Source: Pseudogymnoascus verrucosus
Taxonomy: Eukaryota
Assembly: GCA_001662655.1 (NCBI GenBank)
Contig: KV460239.1
Reading direction: 5' to 3' (one strand)
DNA: 64,000 bases
How positions within the stretch are numbered: position 1 is the first letter of the stretch; the number at the start of each line of letters is the position of its first letter. The translations under genes and the position numbers were made by a program. Below the pieces are notes generated by a model, which worked only from the letters and a program-made list of their open reading frames with translations, had not been told where the DNA came from and searched no databases. Of this stretch, positions 1 to 11,500 are shown in pieces.

Positions 1-339
1 TAGTTTCTGGCTGTATGTGACTTCTGCTGGAGCCATAGCTGATATCATTACTCGGCCAGCTGCGGCCTGGTTGTAAATGAAGAGTGCAGTTATAAGGCTG
101 AGACTGAGAAGTGGTTAAGAGCAAACGTGCACGGACGATTGACAAGGCTGTGCCTGTCGTGGACCCATCCCCCACACCTTGGAGGCGAATCCAGGTGCTG
201 ACGACTCATGGTCTTGGCCTACCAACTCTCCTCCTACAACTCGAGCATAATCCTCACTCCCATGCCTTCCACAACATAGAAGCCGGCCTTCAATTCCATC
301 ACATCAACTCCAATCGACCATCATCAAAACCCACCCAAA

Positions 340-1308
340 ATGTTCCAACTTCCCACTCTCCTCACCCTCGCCCTCGGGCTCGCCTCCACCACCACCGCCC
401 TCCCCGCCACCATTGACGATGACTTCATCACCCCCCTCCCCCTCATAATCTGGCACGGCCTCGGCGACTCCTTCACCAGCGCCGGCATGCAAGAAATCGG
501 CTCCCTCGCCTCCACCATCCACCCCGGCACCTTCATCTACAACATCCACCTCGACGCCAGCGCCTATGGTGACCAGCGCGCCACCTTCTTCGGCAACCTC
601 ACCACGCAACTCGAACAAGTCTGCGCCGACCTCGCCTCCCACCCCATCCTCTCCACCGCCCCAGCCGTCGACGCGCTGGGCTTCTCGCAGGGCGGACAGT
701 TCCTGCGCGCGTACGTGCAGCGCTGTAATCTTCCGCCCGTGAGGAGCCTGGTTACCTTCGGGAGCCAGCATAATGGGATTACGCAGTTCCAGACCTGTGG
801 GCCGAGTGACTGGTTGTGTAAGGGCGCGAATGCGATATTGAGAGGCGGAGCGTGGTCAGCGTTCACGCAGTCGAGGTTGGTGCCAGCACAGTACTTCCGG
901 GATCCGGAGGATATGGAGAATTACCTCGCGAACTCCAATTTCCTAGCCGATATCAATAACGAGCGGGAGGTGAAGAATGAGGAGTACGCGGCGAACTTGC
1001 GGAAGTTGGAGAACTTCGTGATGTACATGTTTGATGAGGATGTGACGGTGGTGCCGAAGGAGTCGGCGTGGTTTGCGGAGGTGAATGGCACGGAGGTCAC
1101 GCCGTTGAAGGAGAGGAGCATTTATACGGAGAATTGGCTGGGGTTGAAGGAGTTGGATGAGGCGGGGAAGTTGAAGTTTTTGACGGTGGAGGGCGGGCAT
1201 ATGAGGTTGAATGATGAGGTGCTTAATAGCACTTTTGGGAATTTCTTTGGGCCGGAGGGCAGATCCTTCGATCATGGCAAGAAGCAGCAGGGACCTGAGG
1301 AGCTGTAG
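340..1308 (+). CDS. Palmitoyl-protein thioesterase (alpha/beta hydrolase) with signal peptide, single exon
   Basis: 322-aa ORF with a hydrophobic signal peptide, PLIIWHGLGD, nucleophile motif GFSQGG, LVPAQYFRDP and FLADINNER, all typical of the PPT1 family. Confidence 0.93.
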   Translation: MFQLPTLLTLALGLASTTTALPATIDDDFITPLPLIIWHGLGDSFTSAGMQEIGSLASTIHPGTFIYNIHLDASAYGDQRATFFGNLTTQLEQVCADLASHPILSTAPAVDALGFSQGGQFLRAYVQRCNLPPVRSLVTFGSQHNGITQFQTCGPSDWLCKGANAILRGGAWSAFTQSRLVPAQYFRDPEDMENYLANSNFLADINNEREVKNEEYAANLRKLENFVMYMFDEDVTVVPKESAWFAEVNGTEVTPLKERSIYTENWLGLKELDEAGKLKFLTVEGGHMRLNDEVLNSTFGNFFGPEGRSFDHGKKQQGPEEL

Positions 1309-1962
1309 ATCAGCATCCGATATGTTATAGTTATGGTGTAAGGCAAGGTCGGCGTTGTGGCTAGGTTTGGGTTATGGAGAATTGGTGTATTTGCTAAACC
1401 CAATGTTTTATCAAATGCCAGAGCGGGTTCTTCTGCGAGTGGCTTGCAGCTTACTCCGAAAATGAAAGCTGGAACAGCAAGTTATCTTTGAACCAGCTCA
1501 TCTCGCATTGTTCACACTGTCTTTCACTACCCATAAGTTTTAATTTGAAGGCGTTTTATTTCTGAATATCTAGTGCATCGAAAGCGGCCCTGACAACGAG
1601 GAACCACCTACAGCTGGGAACTTGTACACCAAAATAACCCCTCCCTACCCTCCAGTAAAAGAGACACTTCCCACACGCTCACTCAATGCAACTCCCCCCA
1701 TCCTCCGTCCCAAACTCTCCCTACAATTTCATAACCGACAACACGCGGCTCAATGTCCGCTGTCCGTGTCGCACCACCCTCCTCCCTCTTCGTGGCGCTT
1801 CCCATATATCCCACCAATTTTTCCACAGACACTTTGTTCCTCCCAATCCCACCCGTCCCATATATTTCGACCTGCGATAACAAAACGCAGACCATGCTCA
1901 CCAACACGACCTGCGCCGACCCCAGTCCTTGTCTCTACAAAGGTGTCCTCTCCCCTCCAGAC

Positions 1963-3116
1963 TTAGTTCGTCTTCCTGGCAGGCGCCGGGCCACGACCAG
2001 CGTATCGGCCAAGATCAGTCACATCGTGGAACTGCTTAGCCCCACCCTTGATGGTCTCCCACACCTGTCTCACGACCGGGGGAATCCCCTGACCGCCAAC
2101 AAGCGAATCCACTCTCGCCGCCAGGCTCTGGAACTGGAACTTGACGAAGCTGCTCTGGGAGAGGCGAGCGCGGAGGAACGCCGTGTACAGCGTCAACAGG
2201 ATCCAGGAGCCGCGGGAGAAGATGATAGCTGAGCCGAGGAGGCGGAACCACAGCACGATCTCGAGGACGGCAACGAGGCCCATGGACTGGTCATAGTAGT
2301 CCTTGACGAAGTGGCCGATGCGCTCAGCTAGCGCGGAGGGCTTGTAGACTGGCTTTGCGGAGGGCGAGGTGCCTGCTGGCGGCACGACGGTGGCGGGGGG
2401 GTTGATGGTGGGGATGAGGTTGGTGCGCGAGTAGGTCGCGACGTGGAAGACGGAGTAGACGCCGAAGGGGAGCATGGCGAGGGGGTACTGGGGGGAGAAG
2501 AGCCAGACGAGCGCCATCACTGGGGGGGAGATTAGCACATGTCCGTCTAGAGGCCAAAAAGGCCAAAAAGGCGGTCAATGACGTACCTAGGTATTGGACA
2601 TTCTCGTCCGCGGCGAAGGAGAGGAGTCCTGGCTGGGCCTTGCTGCCGGGGCGGTTGCGCGCGCGGAATGCCTTGTAGACGACAATGCCGTAGGTGGCTG
2701 CGGCGGAGACGAAGGCGGTGCGGTACGAGAATTGGGCCCACGTCGAGTAGTAGTTGAAGGTGAGATATGACAAGCTGTAGCGGAGTATACAGAAGAGTAG
2801 CGACAGGTGCCTGCGAGCTTCATGTTAGCTATTTATTCCCGTTGGGGCAGCACAGCTATTTGCTGTTCTGCGGGGTATTTTTTCTGAGCTCTGGCCAGGT
2901 ATCTCGGATGTGTTTTCGAGCTTTTGTGTCGCTTGGAAGCTCGAGAGGACTCGGAATAAGAAAAGTTCGACGTACCCGACAAACCAAGCAACTGAATATT
3001 CAATTAGCATGAGCGATCAAGAGTAACAGAGAGCGCATAAACGTACATTGCAGTGTCTGCGCCAGGGCCAGTAGCCTCTGGGACAACGGCAGAGCCGAGT
3101 TAGGTGGTGGAGGCAT
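1963..3116 (-). CDS. POM33: Pom33/Per33/Tts1 (TMEM33 family) nuclear-pore/ER membrane protein, 4 exons
   Basis: Exons 3116-3047, 2991-2976, 2810-2587 and 2519-1963 with GT-AG introns. They join as MPPPPNSALPLSQRLLALAQTLQFAWFVGHLSLL...DENVQYLVMALVWL...PFGVYSVFHVATY, the TMEM33 signature. Confidence 0.88.
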
Positions 3117-4425
3117 GGCGACGTGATCTGGCCTGTGTGAGCTTTCGAGTTCGGGGAAACCACGTAGCGCAGCTAGAGCAGAGTTGTAATTACCAGAAGG
3201 TTAAAGTATTTGAAAGTCGGGGAGCAGAGAGTTCGCAGGGTCTGTAGGGTGGAACGAGAGTTATGGAGGTAAGAAGAGGTGGAGGAGCGAGGCCACGAGT
3301 TTGAGGTGGTCGATGTGAGGAGGCTGGGCTGCGCAGTCTAGTCGCACAGGTTAGCTGCTGCCATTCGCTTTGCCGTCATAGGGCGATTAGGAGCGATTAT
3401 GGAGCTATGGATCCCGCACACTCACCCACAATAAACCACAATAAACCACAATACTTTATTTAATATAAATTTTGTGCTTGAAGCTGAAAGGTTAATATAT
3501 TTTGGGATTCTATTTGGTTATGCACGAAGGGAAAATTAAGGGCAAAGGGCAAAGGGATTAATTGCTTTTGGAGGTGTAGAACAGTGGTGCCAGCAATCGT
3601 GTGACCGCGCTGCCTTGGTCATTTATTGACATTCTTGTCTTATTCAGTATTCCGTTCCCAGTACAAGCCACTGTTTCGTCATAGGGACGCCTCAGCCACA
3701 ACCGTCAATGACCGAAGTTTATGTACACTTGTCTGGACCAGAGTATGAAGTGGGGTGTACGTGGGGATCCTCTACAGCTGGACAAGCATATTAATTGTGA
3801 CTATGCGTCCATGTTTTACAACAATTCTGTCTATCAGAGGAGGAAGTTGCATTGATCGAATAAACTCTTGAAATGCTTCCTTCATTAAAAAGTGTTACTC
3901 TAGGGAGTTAGTTGTAGAGAGTAGATAAGACTCAATCCCATGTGATTCCGTATATATAAGCCACAAACTACGACTGAATCCGGCACCAAATTCCAATCAA
4001 CTCAAACCAAACCCCCCTCCTTGGTGATTGCCTATTGTTCACAGCGGACGTCACTATTATTAGTATTCACCTATCTCAGCCGCACCAGTCACAATTAAAC
4101 TCCCATTCAAATAAGACAATCTGATTGTTCTTCTACTTCTACGGAGCGAGGAGGAGAGAGAGTAGTAACTAAGGTGAGTGATGCAGAAAACTAAAAACGA
4201 CTAAAGAGAACCCCGCGATAAGGGGTATGACGTCGACTATTTACAACCAGTAACTCCCTAATTTGCCAACTCCCAGTTCCCTGCATTGGGTATTGTGTGT
4301 TTGTGTGTGTGTGAGAGAGAGTAGAGGTATTGGCGTCCATCCACCCCACTGTATGACCCACCGAACCCGCGGGGTCGAGCCAAAAATCCAGTCTTGTAAG
4401 CTCGTAGCCAGGGCCGGTTCTCACT

Positions 4426-7404
4426 TTAGAGCCCCACAGCTCCCATCCCATCAGTACCACCGGTGCGGAAGAACTCTGCCACGACGCCGACGGCGTATGA
4501 TAGTCCACCAACCCATACGGCTCCGATCAAGAGCCTCTTGACCTTCTTCTTCCCCTTTTGCCTTCGTGCGGCTCTATCGTACCATTCCTGGTCTTTCCAG
4601 CCGGATCCTGAGCTACCGTAGGTGTGGCTTTCTTGGCCAGATTCCGTCCCGGATTTGATATGATACTCGGGAAGATCGTGGTTCACGAAACCAGTTGGGC
4701 TGGCAAAATTGCCTGTCGCGGGGCGGATGGATTGCATTCCGTCGATTGGGTTTGTCATATTTCTAGCCTGAGTTTTTGTCTCGGCTTTGGCTGCTGGACT
4801 CCCCTGAGGCGGACCATCGCGGACCTTTCTGAACACAAGCACATGTCCATCCCCAGAGGCAATTTCATAGCCCTCGTCAAGAAGCGGCGCAATATGTGGA
4901 AGGAAACTTGCTGGTTTTGATAGCCTGGGCAGGACCGAAGCTGGCGAGAGAGGCTTTCTGTGGCCGGGAGGTACGATAGATGTCGTTTCAGTGGTCAGAA
5001 TGGATTTGGTGTCTGGGTTATAGGCGACAATCTTGTAGAGCGTTGGTTGCTGTTCTGCTGCGCCGTAGGAGTCCTGATATATGCTCACTAATTCCTTGAC
5101 GAATGCCGACTTCAGTCTAGCCTCCTCGCCTTTGATATTTACTTTCTTGCCTTTAGATCCCTTCACTGCTTTTGCAGTTGGCGGCAAATCTGTGCCGTAT
5201 GAAGAAACAAACACAAATGACTCGGGCTCTCCATCCTTAGCGCTGGAGCCAGCTTGGTCTTGCTTCAGAGATGAAGGCTCGGAGGCAGGTATCTTTCCAG
5301 CTTCACGTTTGTCTAGCTCGGCAATCTCCCTGAGGCGGGCATTTACTTTCCCACGAAGATGTCCCTGGTGGTTCAGCAATTCGCTTCTTTCAATCTCAAA
5401 CTCCTGAGCACGTTCGCGCGCGGCACGGATTTTATCACTCTTTGCAACAGCTTCAATATCCTTTGAGAATTGGGTCGAGGATGCTTCAAAATCCTCTTCC
5501 ATCTTTCTTCTCCTGGCCTGTTTCTCTTTCTTGGACTCTTTCCTGGAGCTCTTTATTATCTTAGACGATGTATCCTTTTCCTGCTTACCGGATGATTTTT
5601 GTTCGGCGGTGTTCGGTACCAATTGGGCAGCACGCTCAGCGTCAAAGTCTTCATCGAAGAAAAAGTTGTCATTTTCAAGCCTGGGTTCCCATTTCTGGTC
5701 AAATTCGTTAAGAGCTTTGTTGACTGGGTCTGCTGGAGGTGGGAAATGTCCATCTGGCTCGTTATGTCTGAAAGGTACGTAAGCATCAAGCTCAGGGTCC
5801 CATTTCTGATCGAACTCGTTTAGAGCCTGTTCTACAGGGTCAACTGGTGGTGGAAAATGTCCGTCTGGCTCGTTGTGTCGGAAGGGTACGTAAGCATCAA
5901 GCTCAGGATCCCATTTCTGATCGAATTCATTTAAACCCTGCTCTACAGGGTCAGGCGGTGGCGGAAAATGCCCATCTGGTTCATTGTGTCTGAAAGCGGT
6001 GTACGCTTTAAGCTCGGGATCCGATTTCTTATCAAGATCATCCAGAGCTTGGTTTACAGGGTTGGGTGGCGGTGGAATATGTCCATTTGGCTCATTGTGG
6101 CGGAAAGCTGTGTAGGCCTTAAGCTCGGGGTCCCATTCCTGGTCGAACTCATTCAAAGCTTTGTTCACGGGGTCGGGTGGTGGTGCAAATTGTCCATCCG
6201 GCTCGTTGTATCGGAACGGCTTGTAAACTCCAAGTTCATCTGCCAGCTGTCGTCTGTTTCCCAAGGTCTGCCCAGCAGAATCTGCTGACACTGGTGGGTG
6301 TCCATCTGGCTCATTGTGCCGGAAAGCCTTATAGATGCCAAGCTCTTCCTTTAGCGATCGCCCATTGTTTAGAGCCTGCTCAACAGGGTCTGGCGGCGGT
6401 GGAAAATGTCCATCTGGCTCATTATACCGGAAAGGCTTGTAGATGCCAAGTTCTTCCTCTAACGGCCGTCCATTATTCAGAGCCTGTTCAACAGGATCTG
6501 GTGGTGGTGGAAAGTGTCCATCTGGCTCGTTGTACCGGAAAGGTTGGTAGTCGCCAAGCTCCTCTTCCAACGGCCGCCCATTGCTTAGAGCCTGTTCAAC
6601 AGGATCTGGCGGCGGTGGGAAATGTCCGTCTGGCTCATTGTGCTGGAAAGGTGTGTAAACCCCGAGTTCCTGCTCTACCGTGCGTCCATCCCGGTATAAC
6701 TCGCTGTCTGTAACATAGGTGCCTTGACTTTGAGAAGCGGTTGTTGCCAAGCCATCAAGTGCAGTCTTAGTCGATTGTTTGGGAAGGGGTTGGGGGCCTG
6801 GGAATTGTGAGACTGGGGGTCCATGATCGTAGAATTTTTGGTTCGGGATATGGCTCGCTGGGGTGTCGGTCTGGGGGCTCAACGTGCTAGAATCTTGTTT
6901 GAAGACCTTTCGATTTGTAATTGGATCGATTTCGTATTTCAAGTTAAATAATCCGTCGCTGCTTGGGGTCCGGCCACTGTGTCCATCTGTCGTGGCCTTA
7001 CGCGAGGTATTGATGGACCCTGAAGTAGCCCGGGCAAGGTTTGAGGCTGTTCGGGTGGCGTCATTCTTGAGTTTCTGCAAATTAACCCTAGATTTGTCTT
7101 CATAGAATGCGCTGCACATGAAACTCTTCATACTAGAGTTGCTGATGTGCAACCTGTGATGGCGGTTTCGGAGAAGCTTTCGATTGAGGGCTTCGATGTA
7201 CGCACTCTTCGAAATCTTGTGGCACGCCTGGTGACCACGCGAGCCAGGCTGGAGGTTCCATGACCAGAATTCAAGCCTGATCCCTCGAGTCTGTTCGTGA
7301 CGCCAGGGTGATCTTGAAACTGTAGTCGATATGACTGCCCTCGATGATTGAAGCTGTGGCAACAATGCCGTCCGGCCGGCCGGACCGAGATGTGACGCGA
7401 TCAT
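4426..7404 (-). CDS. Uncharacterised fungal protein ('serine-threonine rich' type) with NEPDG repeats and a C-terminal transmembrane helix
   Basis: 992-aa uninterrupted ORF with a basic/hydroxylated N-terminus. Blocks YEIDPITNRKV, YKIVAYNP, GYEIASGDGHVLVFRKVR and TGNFASPTGFVNHD resemble an uncharacterised Pezizomycotina family as I recall it. Terminal hydrophobic segment LLIGAVWVGGLSYAVGVVAEFF. Confidence 0.8.
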   Translation of the reverse strand: MIASHLGPAGRTALLPQLQSSRAVISTTVSRSPWRHEQTRGIRLEFWSWNLQPGSRGHQACHKISKSAYIEALNRKLLRNRHHRLHISNSSMKSFMCSAFYEDKSRVNLQKLKNDATRTASNLARATSGSINTSRKATTDGHSGRTPSSDGLFNLKYEIDPITNRKVFKQDSSTLSPQTDTPASHIPNQKFYDHGPPVSQFPGPQPLPKQSTKTALDGLATTASQSQGTYVTDSELYRDGRTVEQELGVYTPFQHNEPDGHFPPPPDPVEQALSNGRPLEEELGDYQPFRYNEPDGHFPPPPDPVEQALNNGRPLEEELGIYKPFRYNEPDGHFPPPPDPVEQALNNGRSLKEELGIYKAFRHNEPDGHPPVSADSAGQTLGNRRQLADELGVYKPFRYNEPDGQFAPPPDPVNKALNEFDQEWDPELKAYTAFRHNEPNGHIPPPPNPVNQALDDLDKKSDPELKAYTAFRHNEPDGHFPPPPDPVEQGLNEFDQKWDPELDAYVPFRHNEPDGHFPPPVDPVEQALNEFDQKWDPELDAYVPFRHNEPDGHFPPPADPVNKALNEFDQKWEPRLENDNFFFDEDFDAERAAQLVPNTAEQKSSGKQEKDTSSKIIKSSRKESKKEKQARRRKMEEDFEASSTQFSKDIEAVAKSDKIRAARERAQEFEIERSELLNHQGHLRGKVNARLREIAELDKREAGKIPASEPSSLKQDQAGSSAKDGEPESFVFVSSYGTDLPPTAKAVKGSKGKKVNIKGEEARLKSAFVKELVSIYQDSYGAAEQQPTLYKIVAYNPDTKSILTTETTSIVPPGHRKPLSPASVLPRLSKPASFLPHIAPLLDEGYEIASGDGHVLVFRKVRDGPPQGSPAAKAETKTQARNMTNPIDGMQSIRPATGNFASPTGFVNHDLPEYHIKSGTESGQESHTYGSSGSGWKDQEWYDRAARRQKGKKKVKRLLIGAVWVGGLSYAVGVVAEFFRTGGTDGMGAVGL
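5690..6690 (-). repeat. Coding tandem repeat, 9 units (four 108-bp periods, then four 111-bp periods)
   Basis: The anchor tggctc (or a variant) occurs at 6631, 6523, 6415, 6307, 6199, 6088, 5977, 5866 and 5755. The peptide unit is (P/A)F(R/Q)(H/Y)NEP(D/N)GHFPPPPDPVEQAL... Confidence 0.95.
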
Positions 7405-8529
7405 TGCAACGGCTGCCTCTCTTGTATCATGCTAGCAATCACAATCACTCTTTCTGTAGATGTCAGCAGTTATTCGCAATACCAAACGAGAGGGCATCAA
7501 GAAGCCAAGGACCTCGCGTTGGGTAGACAACAGAGAGAGCGCTTACCCGATCACGATGTCGATCCTTCAATGAAGCTGTCGTATCGGCTGAGATGCTGTA
7601 ATACCTCAGTTCTCAGATAGGGAACGAGGGCTTATATGATTGATGGGTATGAAATTGAAGGTACTCTGTACAAGTATGTACGAGAGAAGGCAGGAACAGA
7701 GAGAAGATGTGTGTGTCAATAGAAGGGCTGAATGGTCTTGCCATGGACCTTGTAACCAATATTCGTGGTGGTCTTCCAACTGTTACTGTGACCAGCCAAC
7801 ACGAATGGATCGAACGGGGCGGGGTAGCCTTACTCCACACTCACGGACGCTCTTTATCCGCTAAGGTGACAAGGTACCAAGGTCCTCTTATCGGCCCAGA
7901 GATCGTATGAGGGATGAGGGGCGACTAGAGATTGCTCAAGATTAGTATACCAGTATTTGAAGCCCATAGATATTATTTATTTACCTCTGTTTATGAGTAA
8001 ATGGTTTATTTATTAAGCCCAACTAATTAAAAGCCCTTTGTATTTACTATTGCTGTAATCGCCGTTTCCTTATCTCCAGTCCCTCTTTAGACTTCCGGGC
8101 GGCACGAGTACCTGGGTACTTGCGCCATACGCTTGTGTCACAATCGGTCTAGCGCACAACTATGACGGTTGGGCTGGTCACGTGCCAAATGCCAAGACCC
8201 TTTGCTTAGTGTGACGCACGCGGCGTAGGCGGGGGACGGTTCCAAATCAAAAATATACTTTTTGAACAGCTATACTATACCCTCAACTCTTCAACCCCAG
8301 CGCAACGGGACGACAAAGATATTGGCGTGCGTTATAATACTGGGCATAGATTGTATATATTCCTAGACGAACCTCGCAGACGAAACAAAGCTGTCTACCT
8401 GCCGACGACAAGGATGACGCCGATTTGAATACCCCGCAACGAGCTACCCCGAGCTACTTTTATTAACAAGGCTCGACCCCGAGCGATCTAGGCTCTTTGC
8501 GTCCTCTCTACAATATCAACCCCGCTACG

Positions 8530-11500
8530 ATGAGCAAAAAGCAGTTCAAGTCCCAGGCCTCCAGTAGCCGGGCCGTTTTTGGCAATGGCGCTGGGTTTGG
8601 CGGGTTTGGATTAGGAGCTACAAGGAGCACGCTCTCATACCTGACAGAGCCGCCGAACCTCACCTCCATATCTGACCCGAATGTTGTAGTGGCGTTCAAG
8701 AACTTGTTGAAGAAGGATAGCACGACGAAGGCCAAGGGCTTGGAAGACCTCCGCCTACATGTCCTCTCAAGTCCGCACGAGCAGGGCGGAGGCGTGGAAC
8801 AGTCTATACTGGAAGCTTGGGTGCGTCTCTTATTACGTTTAGAAGGCCAACGCCTGCAATGTACTATTTTAGTAATATATCTCATAGGTCAAATTATATC
8901 CTCGCATCTCAATAGACAATTCCCGCCGAGTACGTGAGCTGTCTCACACCTTGCAATATGAGCTTCTCAAGTCAGCCAAGAAGAGCATGGAGAAATTTAT
9001 ACCCAATATTGTTGGAGCCTGGTTAGCTGGGACATATGATAGGGACAGGCCAGTGTCGAAGGCAGCTTCCGATGGCTTGAACTCTTTCTTCGGCACCGAA
9101 GAGAAGATGCTCTTGTTCTGGCGGCGTTGCCAGGTCCAGATCCTTGAATTCGCACAAGAAGCTATTTTGGAAACACCCGAGACTCTTAGTGACGAGAGAA
9201 CTGTGAACGCCGACGAATCCCAAGCCAAATTTGACAGGGTTGTTGGCGCGAGTCTCTCCCTTGGCATCAATCTCCTTACGAAGCTCTCCAAACAAGACAT
9301 CAAAAAGCATGAGGAGGACTACAAGAAATTTATTACAGGCAACAAGATACTCTGGGGCTTCATTGCCTCCAAGGATTCATTTGTTAGACGGACTACTGCT
9401 CAACTCGTTTTGATATGTCTGGAAAAGCAACCTGACTTCATCGAAGAGGATCTTGAAACTATTGGCACCACATTTATTGATACGGGTCTTCGCAGTCCCC
9501 AGCTAAGTTCTTCGCTAGCATTTACCCATGCCCTTGGGAAACTGACAGCAACCTTTCCCTCTGTGTGGACTACATCATACAAAGGGAAGAAGGCTCCCTT
9601 GTCCCGACTTCGGCGCTTCGTCGAGAAGGGTTCTCAGCTTGGGCCTGCCGATTATTGGAAGGCTTTGAACTTTTTGCTGGCCCATTTACCTTCAGGTGTT
9701 TTACCTACAGATATTACTGGAGCTACGGATTTCCTTAAATCTCTTGGTGATGGCATATCAATTAGGGATGAGCCGAGGTTGAATATCCCGACTGCATGGA
9801 TCTGCTACGTCAACACCGTGAGGCAGTTGCAAAAGCAGTTGACAGACCCCAAGGACCAAAACCAACTCCTGGTGGCCACTGTCTACCCCCTATTCGAGCA
9901 TTTTATCCGACCAACACCAGAGGGTAATCGCTGGGCTACAAGCAATAGCACAGCGGCGCTTGCAAAAGCGTTCCACCTATGTGCCGCTTCTGAGGCTCGC
10001 CAGTCCGATGCACCTTTAAGCCAAGAATGGAATCGCCTTGCAAACGAAGTGATTACTGGTATTCAGACATCACTTCCTGAGCAGTCAAAGGATTTTGAGA
10101 AGTCGCAGGCATCTGTGGCCTCGGAAGCGCACCGCTGGTTTAAACTGCAAGCTGAGATTTGCAAATACTCCGGGGCTGATCGTGCGGATGCAGAATTGTA
10201 TAAGCATATTCTTATTGAAGCAAGCGCTTCCATCATAAGTCGTTCTTTGGAGGTGCTTTCTGCAAGGAATGGCAAGCCATTTGGCGCTGCAGGAGCTATA
10301 GAGGGTGCTTTGCGACTTGCACCCGACGTTGTCCTGGGCTCTACATCATCGGAAGAAGCCATAACCTCATTTTTGAAGACAGAGCTTTCAAAGCTCGTGA
10401 CTTCTCCATCAGCACCGTATCTTATCTCATCTCTCAAGCTGCTTTGCACATTCCCTGGACAAGAGGCCGTTTGTTTGGCAATATGGGAGTCAACCATTAG
10501 TGGCCTTATAAATCTGCCTAACAGCACGCAGCAAGCAGTTGCAGCAGAAGCTCTTATCTCGTTTGGATTCATTAGCGAAGCAGCTCAGAAAAACGACGTC
10601 GTGCAGCAATTTCTCTTCTCTTCTACGTCGAGGTTTTTGCAGAACGGGGAAGCGGAATGGCGCCGTGTATTTGAAGCGGCTATCAAGTTCAATTGCTTTA
10701 GCGATGCTATAGATGCCCGGGTACTCGATACCATCACCGATGGTTTGGACACAGAAAATGCTGGATTTTTTAATGCAGTTGATGCTTTGGAATATGTTGT
10801 TGCTCATCGCCCGCAATTGTTGGAAGAAAGGGGAACGAGACATATCACGGTAATGACGAAGTTACTTGAGCTGGGCGAATCGGGACATCCTGGAGTGGTC
10901 TCCAAAGTAGGCTCTCTTAGAGCTGATATTGGTAATATTGGAACTTCTGGTGGACTTCCGCACGATAAGGGGTCGCCCATTGTTTCTATCATTCAAGAAA
11001 ATCTGGAGAGTGTGGGACCGCGATCTCTGAGCATCGATACTCTTGTGGCTCAGGCAGAAGGGGTCGCCACTTCCAACGGGACCGCATCAGTCTCGGACTT
11101 GTTCCCAGACAAAGAGAATTGGCAAGAAGCACTTCGTCCGATACTTTTCGCCTGCGGAAAAGATCTTTCGTTATCTTTGACAAATATCCTCGGTGGCACT
11201 ATTGCGTTGGCTTCTCCTGATGACTCTTCGTCGTCCGCCCCAATAGAAAGGGACTTAGATGGCTACTCTGCGGCTCTCCGAATGGCAATCTACAGCTCGA
11301 AACTCGTTGCACAGGAAAACATTCTGAAGAATGTGCCAGTCAGCGTTCAGATCGACATTATCTACCTACTCTGCTTAACAGTAGAGGTTGCAAACGACCA
11401 GCTCGGACTTCGACGAGGCGATCTGCTCTGGTCATCCCTAGATGAGCCCGATATTGAAGGCGACATCCAAGATTTCATCGCAACGTCCCAACGTGCTCTC

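Noticed and set aside
3426..3453. ccacaataaa repeated about three times in AT-rich intergenic DNA
   Set aside because: Short slippage repeat with no terminal repeats or element structure.
5690..6690. Regularly spaced direct repeats resembling a CRISPR array
   Set aside because: Whole units are homologous, in frame and inside a eukaryotic CDS; there are no unique spacers or cas genes.
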